Source: Nemertoderma westbladi
Taxonomy: Eukaryota; Animalia; Xenacoelomorpha
Direction: 5' to 3'
Length of the DNA: 44,633 bases
NCBI GenBank assembly: GCA_032718475.1
Contig: JAUCBJ010003656.1
Location: 1-44,633 of the forward strand
Each line of letters starts with the position of its first letter. Positions within the stretch are counted from its first letter, which is position 1. Made by a program: the position numbers and the translations under genes. The notes below the pieces were generated by a model that saw nothing but the letters and a program-made list of their open reading frames with translations, ran no database searches and had not been told where the DNA came from. Below are positions 8,628 to 18,658 of this stretch, in pieces.

Positions 8628-11600
8628 CTGTGGGAGTCCCAGTTAATCTGGTGGACTATTGGCGATCCTGTGGGAATGATGATGGGTTTCGGTGGTACGA
8701 CTATGCTGTTGTTGTATCCCACCCTAGAATTCATTACTAGAATCCCGTCGTCATTGAGTTGTGGCGACAGCGTAATCAGCTCGCTGTCCCGTCGGAGGTG
8801 CTGTTGGTTACCGACGCGTTCCACCTCGTCGCCATAGTTCTTCCGTTGTTCATAGCGGATCACTGCCTTGGCCGCTCCTTCCAGATCTATGGTTGTCCTG
8901 ATCTTCTTGTCCTTGCCAACTCCCGCAAGGAAATTCCCGAAGGCTCTCCAGTACGCCACTAGTTTCTTGGTCTTATACCAACTAGAACTGTAGCTGAGGA
9001 GTTTATCCGTCGGGTTATCACACAGTTCTCGTTTCGGTTGCACATCCCTAATTTCCCTCACCATCTGGGAGTATATCTCTTCTCCCTCTGAATCTCCCTC
9101 TTCTCCCTCTGATACCACTTCTGAGCCCGGATCCACCTTTCTCATCGGCGGCCAGGCCTCCTTATCGCTCAGAAATCGTGGCCCATGCTGCCACAATACT
9201 TCCTTCTTCAAGAAAGTGTGGCGTTCCACGCCCCTCGACAGCAAGTCCGCTGGGTTCTCGTCTGTTGGGCAGTAGTGCCACCTTTCCAGTTCTGTGGTCG
9301 CCCTTATTTCGTCCACTCTATTTGCGACGAATATCGGGTATCTCGTCCTTTCGTTATGTAGCCAACCAAGCACTACCATGGAGTCCGTCCAGTAGTGTGT
9401 CTCCACTATGTTGGGAATAGTATCCACTAGGTAGGCTGTGGCTCTAACTCCTAGTCTCGCAGCTGTCAATTCTAACTTGGGAACTGATGCTGAATCTGGC
9501 GGCGTTGACTTTGCTTTGCTAAAGGCTAGTCTGGGCTTATGAACCCCCTCTCGTTGTACTAAATAGAGTGCCGCTCCGTACGCCTCCAACGACGCATCGG
9601 AGAACATGTGTAGGTCCAGACTCGTCATGTTCCCATCCGGGAAATACACTCGAGGCATGTTGTATGTTCCCATCTTCTCCAAGTCTCCTGTCCACTTACT
9701 CCACTGTTTCTTGATTTCTTCTGGTACCTCTACGTCCCACTCATCTTTCAATTTGTATACTCTCTTGAGTATCTGTTTTCCCGTGACTAATAATGGGGAT
9801 GCTAGGCCTAGGGGATCGTATATCCTTGCTATATACGATACATAGCCCCTCTTCGTGTGGATGTCTGCGCCCTCCTGGCTCAGCTGATACTTCAGTTCGT
9901 CTGTCTCTCTATCCCACACGATTCCCAATGCCTTCTGTTGAGATTCTGTTCTCTTAATCGCCATGTCCTGCCCTTTGACTGTTGTGGGATTATCCATGGT
10001 CGATTCTGGCCTCTTGTCCTCTATCGCCTTGATAAATTCTTCCGAACTGGATTGGAATTTGGTCAGGTTAAAGCCGGATCCTTTTAGGATGTCGCGAACC
10101 TCGCGCCCTGTGTCCAGTATCTCCTTAACCGTATTTCCAGACTCCATTCCGTCGTCTACGTAGAAGCCGCGTCGAATCATATCGACGGCCCTACTGCTGT
10201 ATCTATCTTCCTTCCCTTTCACTGTGTCTCTCACTGCCATAGTCGTCGTAAATGAAGACGACTTGGCCCCCATGTTTTGTACTACCATCTTATATGCCGG
10301 TATTATCGACGGTTCTTCCTCGCCGTTATACCATAAGAAGCGTTGACTGTCGCTATCTTCCTCCGTTACACGGACTTGGTTGAACATGCCTTCTATGTCA
10401 CACGTGAAGGCGTGTTTCCCATTTCTAAATCTAAGTAACACCTCTATGCCCGAATTGTATATGTTTGGGCCTTCTAACAGGTAGTCGTTTAAGCACTTTC
10501 CGTCGGTCTTTGCCGATGCGTCGACTACCATCCGTAGTTTACCTTTCTTTGGATCTAAAGCCACGTGTAGTGGCAGGTAATATGTCCTATCCGTGTTCGG
10601 CTCGTCGACCGGTAACTCCACGGCCCATCCTTTCTCGACGTACTTCTTAATCGTTCTGTGGATGTACTCATTCTTCTCGGGGCTCCGTTTTAGTGTTTGT
10701 TTCAGCTTGCGGAGTCTCGTGAGTACCATCCCCCTATTGTCGGGCAGCGGTATCTTCGGTAGTTTCCATACCATTCCTATAGTATACCGCCCCTCATTGC
10801 ATGTCATCGATTCCTCCACGCTTTGTAAAGCCTGCTTGTCTTCTACTGAGGTCCCGACTCCGGTTTCTTTCAGTCCCTCGAAATCCTGTTTGAGCAGTCT
10901 TTTAAGCTGCTCCTCTGCTCCCTCGTCACCCATTTCCTGCATTGTTCCCGCGAACATGCATCCTGATGTCTCCGACATCCTAAATGGTATCTTGCTCTTG
11001 ATTGGACCACTCAGCGTCCACCCGAATGGTGTTAATATGGCCACCGGGTCACTCTGCTTGTCTTCGCCGAAGACCGTTTGCATTCTTTCGTGGGCCGTTG
11101 GGCAGTCCATACCTACTATGATGGACACCTTCCTAACGTCCACGTCTGGGATTGAGAAGTCAATGTCGTCCAGGAATTTATACTGCTCGACCTCGATGTT
11201 GGTTGGCCGCCTGGCATTGATATTAATTGACTCTATCACTTGGATGGGGTCGATGGTTGCCCCATAGTCGCATCCTGGTGCCACTGCTGCAATTGCGCAC
11301 CGTCCTGTTCTCATCTCCAGGATCTCATCTTTGCTAGAGATGGTTGTTACCGCCATTCTGCTTGGCCTCGTTCTCAATCCTATCTCTTCGGCCACCCATT
11401 CCTCGACTAATGTGAAGGCAGCTCCACTATCAACCAGCATTAGTGTTGTTACTGATCGATTGCCTTCCCCTATCACTCGCACGGGTACTACTCCAAGTAA
11501 CACCGTTCCTCTCTTCTTCGCCCCTACTGTGCTCGTCGCCATCGTTTGGCCTCTCCTCTGACCAAATTTTATCGGCTTCTCCTTGCACTCCCTTGCTCTA

Positions 11601-12043
11601 TGTCCACTCATTACACATCGCGAGCAGATTTTATTGCTCGACGCATAATCTATCTGATCTTGCCTAGGTAGCGCCTGCCAGTACCTGCAGTTCATGGTTT
11701 GATGAAGCGCATTTGCGTGTAGCTGGCATTTGCTCTTTGGGTCGTAGCCCTCTTTATACAGTGCATTGCGTATCGCAGTTGCGTTTGTACCAAAGTCCCT
11801 ACTATTCTTATTGTTTGGATTCAGCCTACTGGACGTACTGGGGTTATGTTTATTCGTGTTGTTATTGTTTCCCTGTCCGTTCCATGGTGTTGTCTTATCC
11901 TCGGCTAGCTGTGGACTTGCAGTCCCCTGCGTCGCTGCATATGGCAATGATTGCCTGAGTCTCGGTAATGCGTTTGATGTATTGTGCTCCTGGTTTCGGT
12001 CTATGGTAGTCTGTTTTCGGTCCCTTTCCCAGGCTATCTTCAC
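8600..12043 (-). CDS. BEL/Pao polyprotein: Gag knuckles, aspartic protease, RT, RNase H (element 1)
   Basis: CSRCVMSGHRAREC; LVDSGA; YYLPLH, LRMVVDAS, DIEGMFNQV, FYVDD; YDPLG; FSDAS, PKLEL, WTDS, NPADLLSRG. Confidence 0.95.
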   Translation of the reverse strand: MKIAWERDRKQTTIDRNQEHNTSNALPRLRQSLPYAATQGTASPQLAEDKTTPWNGQGNNNNTNKHNPSTSSRLNPNNKNSRDFGTNATAIRNALYKEGYDPKSKCQLHANALHQTMNCRYWQALPRQDQIDYASSNKICSRCVMSGHRARECKEKPIKFGQRRGQTMATSTVGAKKRGTVLLGVVPVRVIGEGNRSVTTLMLVDSGAAFTLVEEWVAEEIGLRTRPSRMAVTTISSKDEILEMRTGRCAIAAVAPGCDYGATIDPIQVIESININARRPTNIEVEQYKFLDDIDFSIPDVDVRKVSIIVGMDCPTAHERMQTVFGEDKQSDPVAILTPFGWTLSGPIKSKIPFRMSETSGCMFAGTMQEMGDEGAEEQLKRLLKQDFEGLKETGVGTSVEDKQALQSVEESMTCNEGRYTIGMVWKLPKIPLPDNRGMVLTRLRKLKQTLKRSPEKNEYIHRTIKKYVEKGWAVELPVDEPNTDRTYYLPLHVALDPKKGKLRMVVDASAKTDGKCLNDYLLEGPNIYNSGIEVLLRFRNGKHAFTCDIEGMFNQVRVTEEDSDSQRFLWYNGEEEPSIIPAYKMVVQNMGAKSSSFTTTMAVRDTVKGKEDRYSSRAVDMIRRGFYVDDGMESGNTVKEILDTGREVRDILKGSGFNLTKFQSSSEEFIKAIEDKRPESTMDNPTTVKGQDMAIKRTESQQKALGIVWDRETDELKYQLSQEGADIHTKRGYVSYIARIYDPLGLASPLLVTGKQILKRVYKLKDEWDVEVPEEIKKQWSKWTGDLEKMGTYNMPRVYFPDGNMTSLDLHMFSDASLEAYGAALYLVQREGVHKPRLAFSKAKSTPPDSASVPKLELTAARLGVRATAYLVDTIPNIVETHYWTDSMVVLGWLHNERTRYPIFVANRVDEIRATTELERWHYCPTDENPADLLSRGVERHTFLKKEVLWQHGPRFLSDKEAWPPMRKVDPGSEVVSEGEEGDSEGEEIYSQMVREIRDVQPKRELCDNPTDKLLSYSSSWYKTKKLVAYWRAFGNFLAGVGKDKKIRTTIDLEGAAKAVIRYEQRKNYGDEVERVGNQQHLRRDSELITLSPQLNDDGILVMNSRVGYNNSIVVPPKPIIIPTGSPIVHQINWDSHRWRHYRRVG

Positions 12044-12788
12044 TATAGACTGGGTCAGTTATTAGTTCAGCCTCGTAGTTTAAGAAGTTTGACATTTCTT
12101 CTAAACCCGGTTCCGCACCCTTCTTGTCTCGAGTGGAGAAGGCGATTTTCCTCCACTTGTTGCGCAGCCAGTTTGGTAGTGCCTGCGCTATCGTGGTGAT
12201 GTTGTTGGACGCGTTGAGCTCGTATGGCGCGTCTAGCGTCTTCAGCACGATCAGCGCCTTTTCTACTTTGTTAGCGAACGTCTTAATGCTAACGGGATTA
12301 TCCTGTAGGCCACCCGATGTTATGCCTCTCAGCTTCTGCCTGATGATCTTGGCTGGGTGCCCGTATTCCCTATCCAGTGCCCGCCATGCTGTCGTGAAGC
12401 CGCCCTCTATTCCTTGATATTGCCTCACGATATCGTATGCTGGGCCTCCCGTGTATACTTGCAGATACTTTAGGCACTCCGCCTGCGTCAAGTTTTTTGT
12501 TAGTATTTCGTTACTATACATGCGCCGAAACTGTAGATATTCTTCCGGCCTGCTCCCATCGAATTTGAACGGTTCCACCGGTGGTAGCTCGATCCTCGTT
12601 TTCAACGCATCGATCAACGTGGCCATCCCCATCGCCTGTGCTTCCAATGGGTTCGATGGATGCTGTATAGTTTCTCCTGTCTGGTGCGTTCCGTCTGTCC
12701 TATTTCTTGACTTTCTCTGACTTGGGTATGTCATCGGGGGTAGCGGCCCCCTCCATATGTCTGTATCACACGACCTATTCTCATCCAA
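11895..12788 (-). CDS. BEL/Pao Gag core segment (DUF1759-like; element 1), frameshifted
   Basis: PFKFDG...YLQFRRMY...CLKYLQVYTGGPA...AWRALDREYG...LPNWLRNKW pattern typical of BEL/Pao Gag. Confidence 0.85.
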   Translation of the reverse strand: MDENRSCDTDIWRGPLPPMTYPSQRKSRNRTDGTHQTGETIQHPSNPLEAQAMGMATLIDALKTRIELPPVEPFKFDGSRPEEYLQFRRMYSNEILTKNLTQAECLKYLQVYTGGPAYDIVRQYQGIEGGFTTAWRALDREYGHPAKIIRQKLRGITSGGLQDNPVSIKTFANKVEKALIVLKTLDAPYELNASNNITTIAQALPNWLRNKWRKIAFSTRDKKGAEPGLEEMSNFLNYEAELITDPVYSEDSLGKGPKTDYHRPKPGAQYIKRITETQAIIAICSDAGDCKSTASRG

Positions 12789-12846
12789 GGGTCTCGTTGT
12801 TCTTGCTCCTATCGGGGTATATTGTTGATATTGTGATGGGGGAATG

Positions 12847-15800
12847 TCACCCTGTCCCCCCCCCCACCGGTATGTTTGGTACTGGGGTTGATGTTAATAT
12901 GTTGGGGCCCATGCACCTATCCGCAATAATTCCCCCCTCCCCTGGGCATATGTTATGTCCCTGCATGCTGTAGTCATACTGCTGTACTGGTACCGGTATA
13001 GGCCTATCAGCTTCTGGCCTACCTGCCGGTATGTATTCCGCGACCTCCGGGTTTAATCCCGTTGTCCACGCTATCCTATCGCCTACATTGCCTCTCTCAG
13101 TATGGCCTATGGTATGTGCAGTAAGGCCTACAGTATGTCCTACGGTCTGCATGTGTTGTTCGGGATCGAAGTTTATTCTTCTCGAATAATCCTCCCCGCG
13201 GCTACCGTATTCTCGATCGATAGGTGTATTCCGTCGGAAAGTTTCTCTTCGACCCCCCCCCCCCCCCCCCCCCCCCCCCTACTGTTCTCGTCTTCGTACC
13301 GGTACATCGCGTACCCCTCCATCGGCGCGTAGTGCGCCTCGCTGGGTCGTATCTCTCCGGGGCGACGGCAATCTCCCGGAGTCCGACCCCACTGACTCTC
13401 CATTCTCACCTCAACTACCGATGGCTCGCTATCCGTCCTCGCTCTTCTATCATTCGCGGCGGTACCTCTACTACTGTCTTCTCTCCTTCTCCTTTCCGTG
13501 GAGTATTCCCGCTCGTGGGATCTCTCGTCGACCTCCCGGTTAAACCCCACTGTTCTTCTTCCCTCTTCTGATCGGGCTCGACGCTTCGTCCACCCTCTTA
13601 CGACGTCAACCTGTCTCTCTCTGCTCGGTCGCACGCCGCTGGGGATACTCGCAATCCCCCTATTACTTTCCGTCGCCGGGTGTTGCGGTTGACCTATCTC
13701 GGCCCGCGCATTATCCGCTGACGGCTGTGGGACACTCTCTGCCCCCCCCCCCCCCCCTTTCGCCGCTAACTCGCTGTTGTGGGGCCCCTGTAGCCCCCCC
13801 CCCCCCCACTCGCCACATCTAATTTCCCCATCTCTCACCCCGCTACTATATCCCTCTCTAGTCGACACATCAACCCTACCGCGGTCGGGTCTATTCACCC
13901 ACGCCTTTCCCTCTGCTATTACGTGGCCTACCAGGCCCTCTGCTCCCTGCCTACCAACTATGTGGCCTACCAGGCCCTCGCTGGGTCTATTCAACCCAGC
14001 CCCTTCCTGCCTACCAACTACGTGGCCTACCAGGCCCTCGCCAGGTCTACTTAACCCAGCTACTCCCTGCCTACCAACTACATGGCCTACCAGGCCCTCG
14101 TCTGTCTGGCCATACACGCCTGACGTGTTTATGTTAATAGCACCCATGTTGGAAACGGAATTAATTTGTTCGTTCGAAATAAAATCATTTGAATTACTTT
14201 GCGCGACTACACTATCTGAATTATTTTGTAAATTCGGGCTCGGATCATTATTTAGATTATTTGGATTATTTTGCGTAACTACATTAATATTAGAATTATT
14301 TTCTACATTAATACTAGGATTGTTCTGATTTAAATTTAAATTACTATCACTAGGTAAATTATTTCCTGCAATAAAGGTTTGATTAGAATTATCCCATACG
14401 GTACTATTAATATTAACCACGTCTACTGTACCATTATCATTATTACCCCCCCCCCCCCCCCCCCCCCCGCCCGTACGGTCACACCAGTTTTGGGTCTGTC
14501 GTGCGGTCCCTGTAAGTGGGGTATTAATAAATGTATCCACGGCCCCTGGCTCCCCTAGAATACTCGAGCCAGTCCCGCTCTCAGACGCCCCCGCCCGCAC
14601 CAGTTGCAGCTCGTGCATGCGTCTAATCCTATGTTCCGCAAGCTCACCTTGGCGTCTCTTTAGTTCCTTTTGCTCTCGCTCAGCTTCTACCATTCTCCTC
14701 TCACATTCTCGCGCGTCCCGCTCAGCCAGCTCTGCTACTCTCCTAGCGCTCTCCCTTCGCCTCGCTTCACGCTCTTTGCGTTCACTTTCCCTTCTCGCCT
14801 CATGCTCCTTGCGTTCCGCCTCACGCTCTTTTCGTTCCCTTTCCTCTCTCGCCTCACGCTCCTTGCGTTCCCTTTCCTCTCTCGCCTCACGCTCCTTGCG
14901 TTCCCTTTCCTCTCTCGCCTCACGCTCCCTACACTCCTTTTCCTCTATTTCCTCACACTCCCTAAGGCCTCTCAAAGCCCTTTCGGCCCTCTCTCCGGTT
15001 TCTCGAATCAATGCCGCTTCCCTCTCTAGCCGCATTCTCCCCTCCTCCAACTGTTTATCCATTTCCTTCTGACCTTGCTCTATCAGGTCGAGACGGTACG
15101 CGGCACCTACCTCTCTCACCCGTCTTCCTTTCGCGGAGGATGTAGCAGACTTATCGGTTACGACGGACTCCCTCCGCCTTCCCGATCTACTAACTTTCCC
15201 CCGCTTCCCGGAACTTCCTCCGACCGACGAGGCCGAATCCTCGGGGTTAACCTCGGATTCGCCCCCTTCAGGTCCCCTCCAGCCCACTAATTTTACTCCC
15301 CGGGCATCGACCAAGTATGGCCCTATGTACACTGACGCTACGCCAGGTTCCATACTCCCACATTCCCACAGTCCAAACAGTTCGCTGGCAATCCCTTTTG
15401 CTCTCTCCTCGGCTAGTTCTCTCTGCCCGAAGCGCATTAGATAATATAAATGTCTGTCCGACTTACCTAGTCCTGATTTTAGTTTTACCTCGTCTATCGT
15501 TTTCCCCTTTCTGGCCTCCTCTAGTAGTCTCCGAGTCGCGTTGTAGGCCCGTCGAAGTAGCTCAGAAACCCCGACGTCCTCGTCGCCGACCTCTCGTCCG
15601 TCTCTCCGGGTTCGACGTCGTACCGGCGGCCCCACTGTCGCCGGTCCGGCGCCGCACCGTCGGCCCCACCGTCGCCGTTTCGGTGGGCTGCTCGTCGCCC
15701 TCAGCCTGTGGCTGGCCGGCGACACCGGTGCGTCGACCTCCGTCCCGTGTCGACTCGTCTCCTTCTCCCTCGAGCTCGTTCTCTCTATCCTCCAACTCGA

Positions 15801-15978
15801 TTCCCCTTCTTCTCGACTCGGCTTCCGAATCCAGACGATCCCCCTCATCTTGAACTTCCGGGTCGCCCGTTACCGATGGCTCCGGCGTCGTGGGCCTGTA
15901 TCGCCTGGTTGCGGCCTCGCGGATCGTTAGCTCTTCGTCCGGGGTCCGCGTCGGTGTTATCTCACCCGACTGACTCAT
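12847..15978 (-). CDS. Long low-complexity N-terminal Gag region of element 1 (ORF pieces 15978-15562, 15848-13173, 13152-12847)
   Basis: First ATG at 15978, just inside the 5' LTR; E/R coiled coil, Asn-rich tract and peptide repeats. Several breaks lie near long C homopolymers and may be sequencing errors. Confidence 0.65.
13920..14100. repeat. ~60-bp coding tandem repeat (EGLVGHVVGRQ...)
   Basis: TGGCCTACCAGGCCCTC occurs four times at 42-60 bp spacing. Confidence 0.85.
14790..14930. repeat. 33-bp coding tandem repeat (EREAREERERK)
   Basis: CTCGCCTCACGCTCCTTGCGTTCCCTTTCCTCT repeated. Confidence 0.85.
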
Positions 15979-16043
15979 CTCTCTTTATCTCTAGATTGGT
16001 CGCTGAGTTTAGTTAACTAGGGCGGCAGCTCTGATTTAGTTAC

Positions 16044-16584
16044 TGTGACGGGATCCAGATGAGATCCCGGTTTATCCGTTTGTTAGTTCACTCGTCCCCG
16101 CCGTGTATGAAAGATAAAGGAGTTTGTGCTGTTCATCGTATATAATACTTGGGTATGCAGATATAGATATAGATATGAGATAATATGGTTGTTGTATACG
16201 GAAGGCGGGATACGGTAACTAAAGTCCCGGTCCTTCCCTAGCTAAACTATGTAACCTAAACTAGCACCAGTATTGCACTGAGATAACTGAATTGATATGA
16301 TTACTGCCAAGTGGCTATATTGCACGGTTGGCCTTGTTACTCTACCTAATCGATGCCTTTCCCCCCTCTGATTGGTTGATACCCTTGTTGGCGCCCTTTG
16401 GAGTGTTCCCGTTCACTCCACCTGTTCTCTCTGGGTTAGGGGTTTGGCCCCTGACGCTCATTGTGTGTTTCCTTCCCATTCTTATTGGGATGGCACGAGT
16501 TGGTTAATTACCCAATCTCGTGGCTCCCAATATTGCTTATCGGCTTAACTTTATGGGGTGTTAGCGGGATTGAATAAGCTAACA
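16044..16584 (-). repeat. 5' LTR of element 1 (541 bp)
   Basis: Direct repeat of 4155-4701 with TG...CA ends; 7-bp hairpin CGGGATC/GATCCCG (16049-16069) at the U5 end. Confidence 0.95.
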
Positions 16585-17329
16585 TTATAGATATCTTATA
16601 TAATGCAGTAAGTACAGTAAGTATATAAGTAAATAATACAGCAGTAAACAGACCATACAGACACCACCAGAAATATATCTAGGGACAAGATGGGTACAGT
16701 ACAACCTAACTGACTGGCGAAATATAAATACTGTACACACAAATAAACCAAAAGTATAAACAGTAACAGCAGTAAGAAGTTTCAGCACGCACTGACACAT
16801 GTAGACTTCAGACAGGTACTGTAGGCAGACTTAAAGCTAAGTGATTTAAAGAGTGTGGCTGCCGTTACTTTTTGGCAAATGAACAATGCAGTGCAGGTAC
16901 AGGATGAGTGAGAGCCGTTGTCCGTGAGCCCCGTGAGCGCCAGCAGTGCATTACCTACTGTATTAACCTATCTGATTTAGCCGATATTTATTTTTGAACT
17001 GTTTTTCCACCAACCTGGCTATATAATCCAGGATTGTGTTGTGTTTTGTTCTGTTGGTTGCTACAGTATATGGTACTAACAGTATAGACTGATAGAAGCG
17101 GCAATGAGAAAGCTAAGTGAATAAACATTCGCACAGATATTGAAAATCGTCGTGTCAGTCAAGCTGTTGGGCAGTCAGTCACATTACACGTGGGATACTG
17201 ATCTGTAACCAGAGCAGCAGCTGCAAGAAATATTCCATACAGTAACGCTCGAAATGTGGTTGCAACGTGGTTATATAATTTTGTTTATTATATTGCCGGC
17301 GTCATGTCGCAGACATTTATCTCTCAGAG

Positions 17330-18658
17330 TCACAGACTGTTCCTCATGGCAAAAACAATTTGCACGCGAAAGAAGCTTAGGAAACAAATGATACCCCCCA
17401 ATGCTGTACAGTATATACTGTACATATAGTACAGTAGGTAGGCCCCACTGTGTTGAGCATGATAAAGTTTGCTGTGAACATCTACAATCATCTTGACTTG
17501 TATTTCAAGATTTCTAATGAGTATGGGGAACTTAGTATCAAAGGATAATGGGGCATTCGTTAACCTTCCTCCAACACGTATCAACCCATCTATCATTGTG
17601 CTAGAGAAACGATCCCTTAAGCGCATCTGTGGATTTCTCAACAACAGGAAATACTTATCGGAATCTTCATAGCATTGTAAGAGTCTCAGCATCTGTTTGT
17701 TGGTTTCTTCATGCTCCTGATAACTGATCTTCTCCTTCAGAAACTTGTCGGGTACCTTATATTTGGGAATGTCTTTAATAACATGGACCTGCACTGATGT
17801 GATTGGAGCGGTATCACCCTTTGTTTTCATCCCAGAGTAGTGATGGTGAAAACATCTCTTTAAATATGTAACGGCCTTACAAAGCCGATTCCAAGAACTG
17901 TAGTGATGCATCGCTCTCTGCAGAAGAGGTGAGAGTCCTTGCGAGATGTCAGGTATGCCAGATTTCCAATCCTTATCACGGATTTCCACAACGAGTTTAT
18001 TTGTGGCTGTGGGTCTCTGATCCAAAGCGTCGTCTCCGGAAGTATGTAGTACAGACAGATCTACTGTGGGTTTGAATAACTTCGATTTACTCGCCTGAGT
18101 TTTAGGTTTGACTTTCTCCGCTCCCTTGGCCTGTCTAATTTCTGCTGTAGTAAGATGAGGAGGCCATTCTTCTTCTTCTTTGTAGAGGAAGTCGGGTCCA
18201 CCTAACCAGTCTGGAGTATCTGCCAGTTCTTGTGGAGTTGCTCCCCTGGAAGCGATGTCTGCTGGATTAATCGTTCCGGGGCAATGTCTCCATTGATCCA
18301 TCGTCGTGCGACTGAGTATAATAGCTACTCTGTTGGTAACGAAGACGCTGAACTGACAGACTTCATTGGTTATATACTCCAACACGAGTAAAGCGTCGGT
18401 CCAATAGACAGTTTTCTCCAGGGGATAGTCGATCTGTTCTGTTACATTCCGGCCGATGGCTGTAGCGTATAGAGCCGCTTTTAACTCCGCTCGAGGAACT
18501 TTCAACTTGTTGTTTATTAATGCCTTAGAGGTAACCAAGGCGACTTTAATTCCGTCCGGAGTTTCCACCCTTAGGTAGGCTACTATACCGATTCCCATAT
18601 CGCTGGCGTCTCCAAACACATGGAGTTGATATGAATTACGTAGGGAGAACATGACCAA
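17330..18658 (-). pseudogene. RNase H and start of integrase, element 2
   Basis: LHVFGDAS, PRAEL, WTDA, NPADIASRG, IRVGGRL, KFPILI, DVHSKLYH; unrelated sequence below ~17450. Confidence 0.9.

Larger units (their letters stand above)
4155..16584 (-). mobile_element. BEL/Pao LTR retrotransposon with both LTRs (element 1), recent insertion
   Basis: Two near-identical TG...CA LTRs; gag-PR-RT-RH-IN order with BEL/Pao motifs; PPT next to the left LTR; flanks TAATA/TTATA form a 5-bp TSD with one mismatch. Confidence 0.95.

Noticed and set aside
7795-15853. Plus-strand ORFs overlapping gag-pol (e.g. 7795-8514, 10593-11267)
   Set aside because: Antisense shadows of real coding frames with no motifs.
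16027-16034. ATCAGAGC after the 5' LTR resembling the TGGTATCAGAGC iMet PBS
   Set aside because: Lacks the TGG needed to pair with tRNA CCA, is offset from the LTR end, and matches the plant rather than the animal iMet sequence.
16585-17400. Possible 3' LTR of element 2 after GGGGGGTA at ~17392-17399
   Set aside because: Not followed by TG, and no matching repeat found upstream of element 2 gag.
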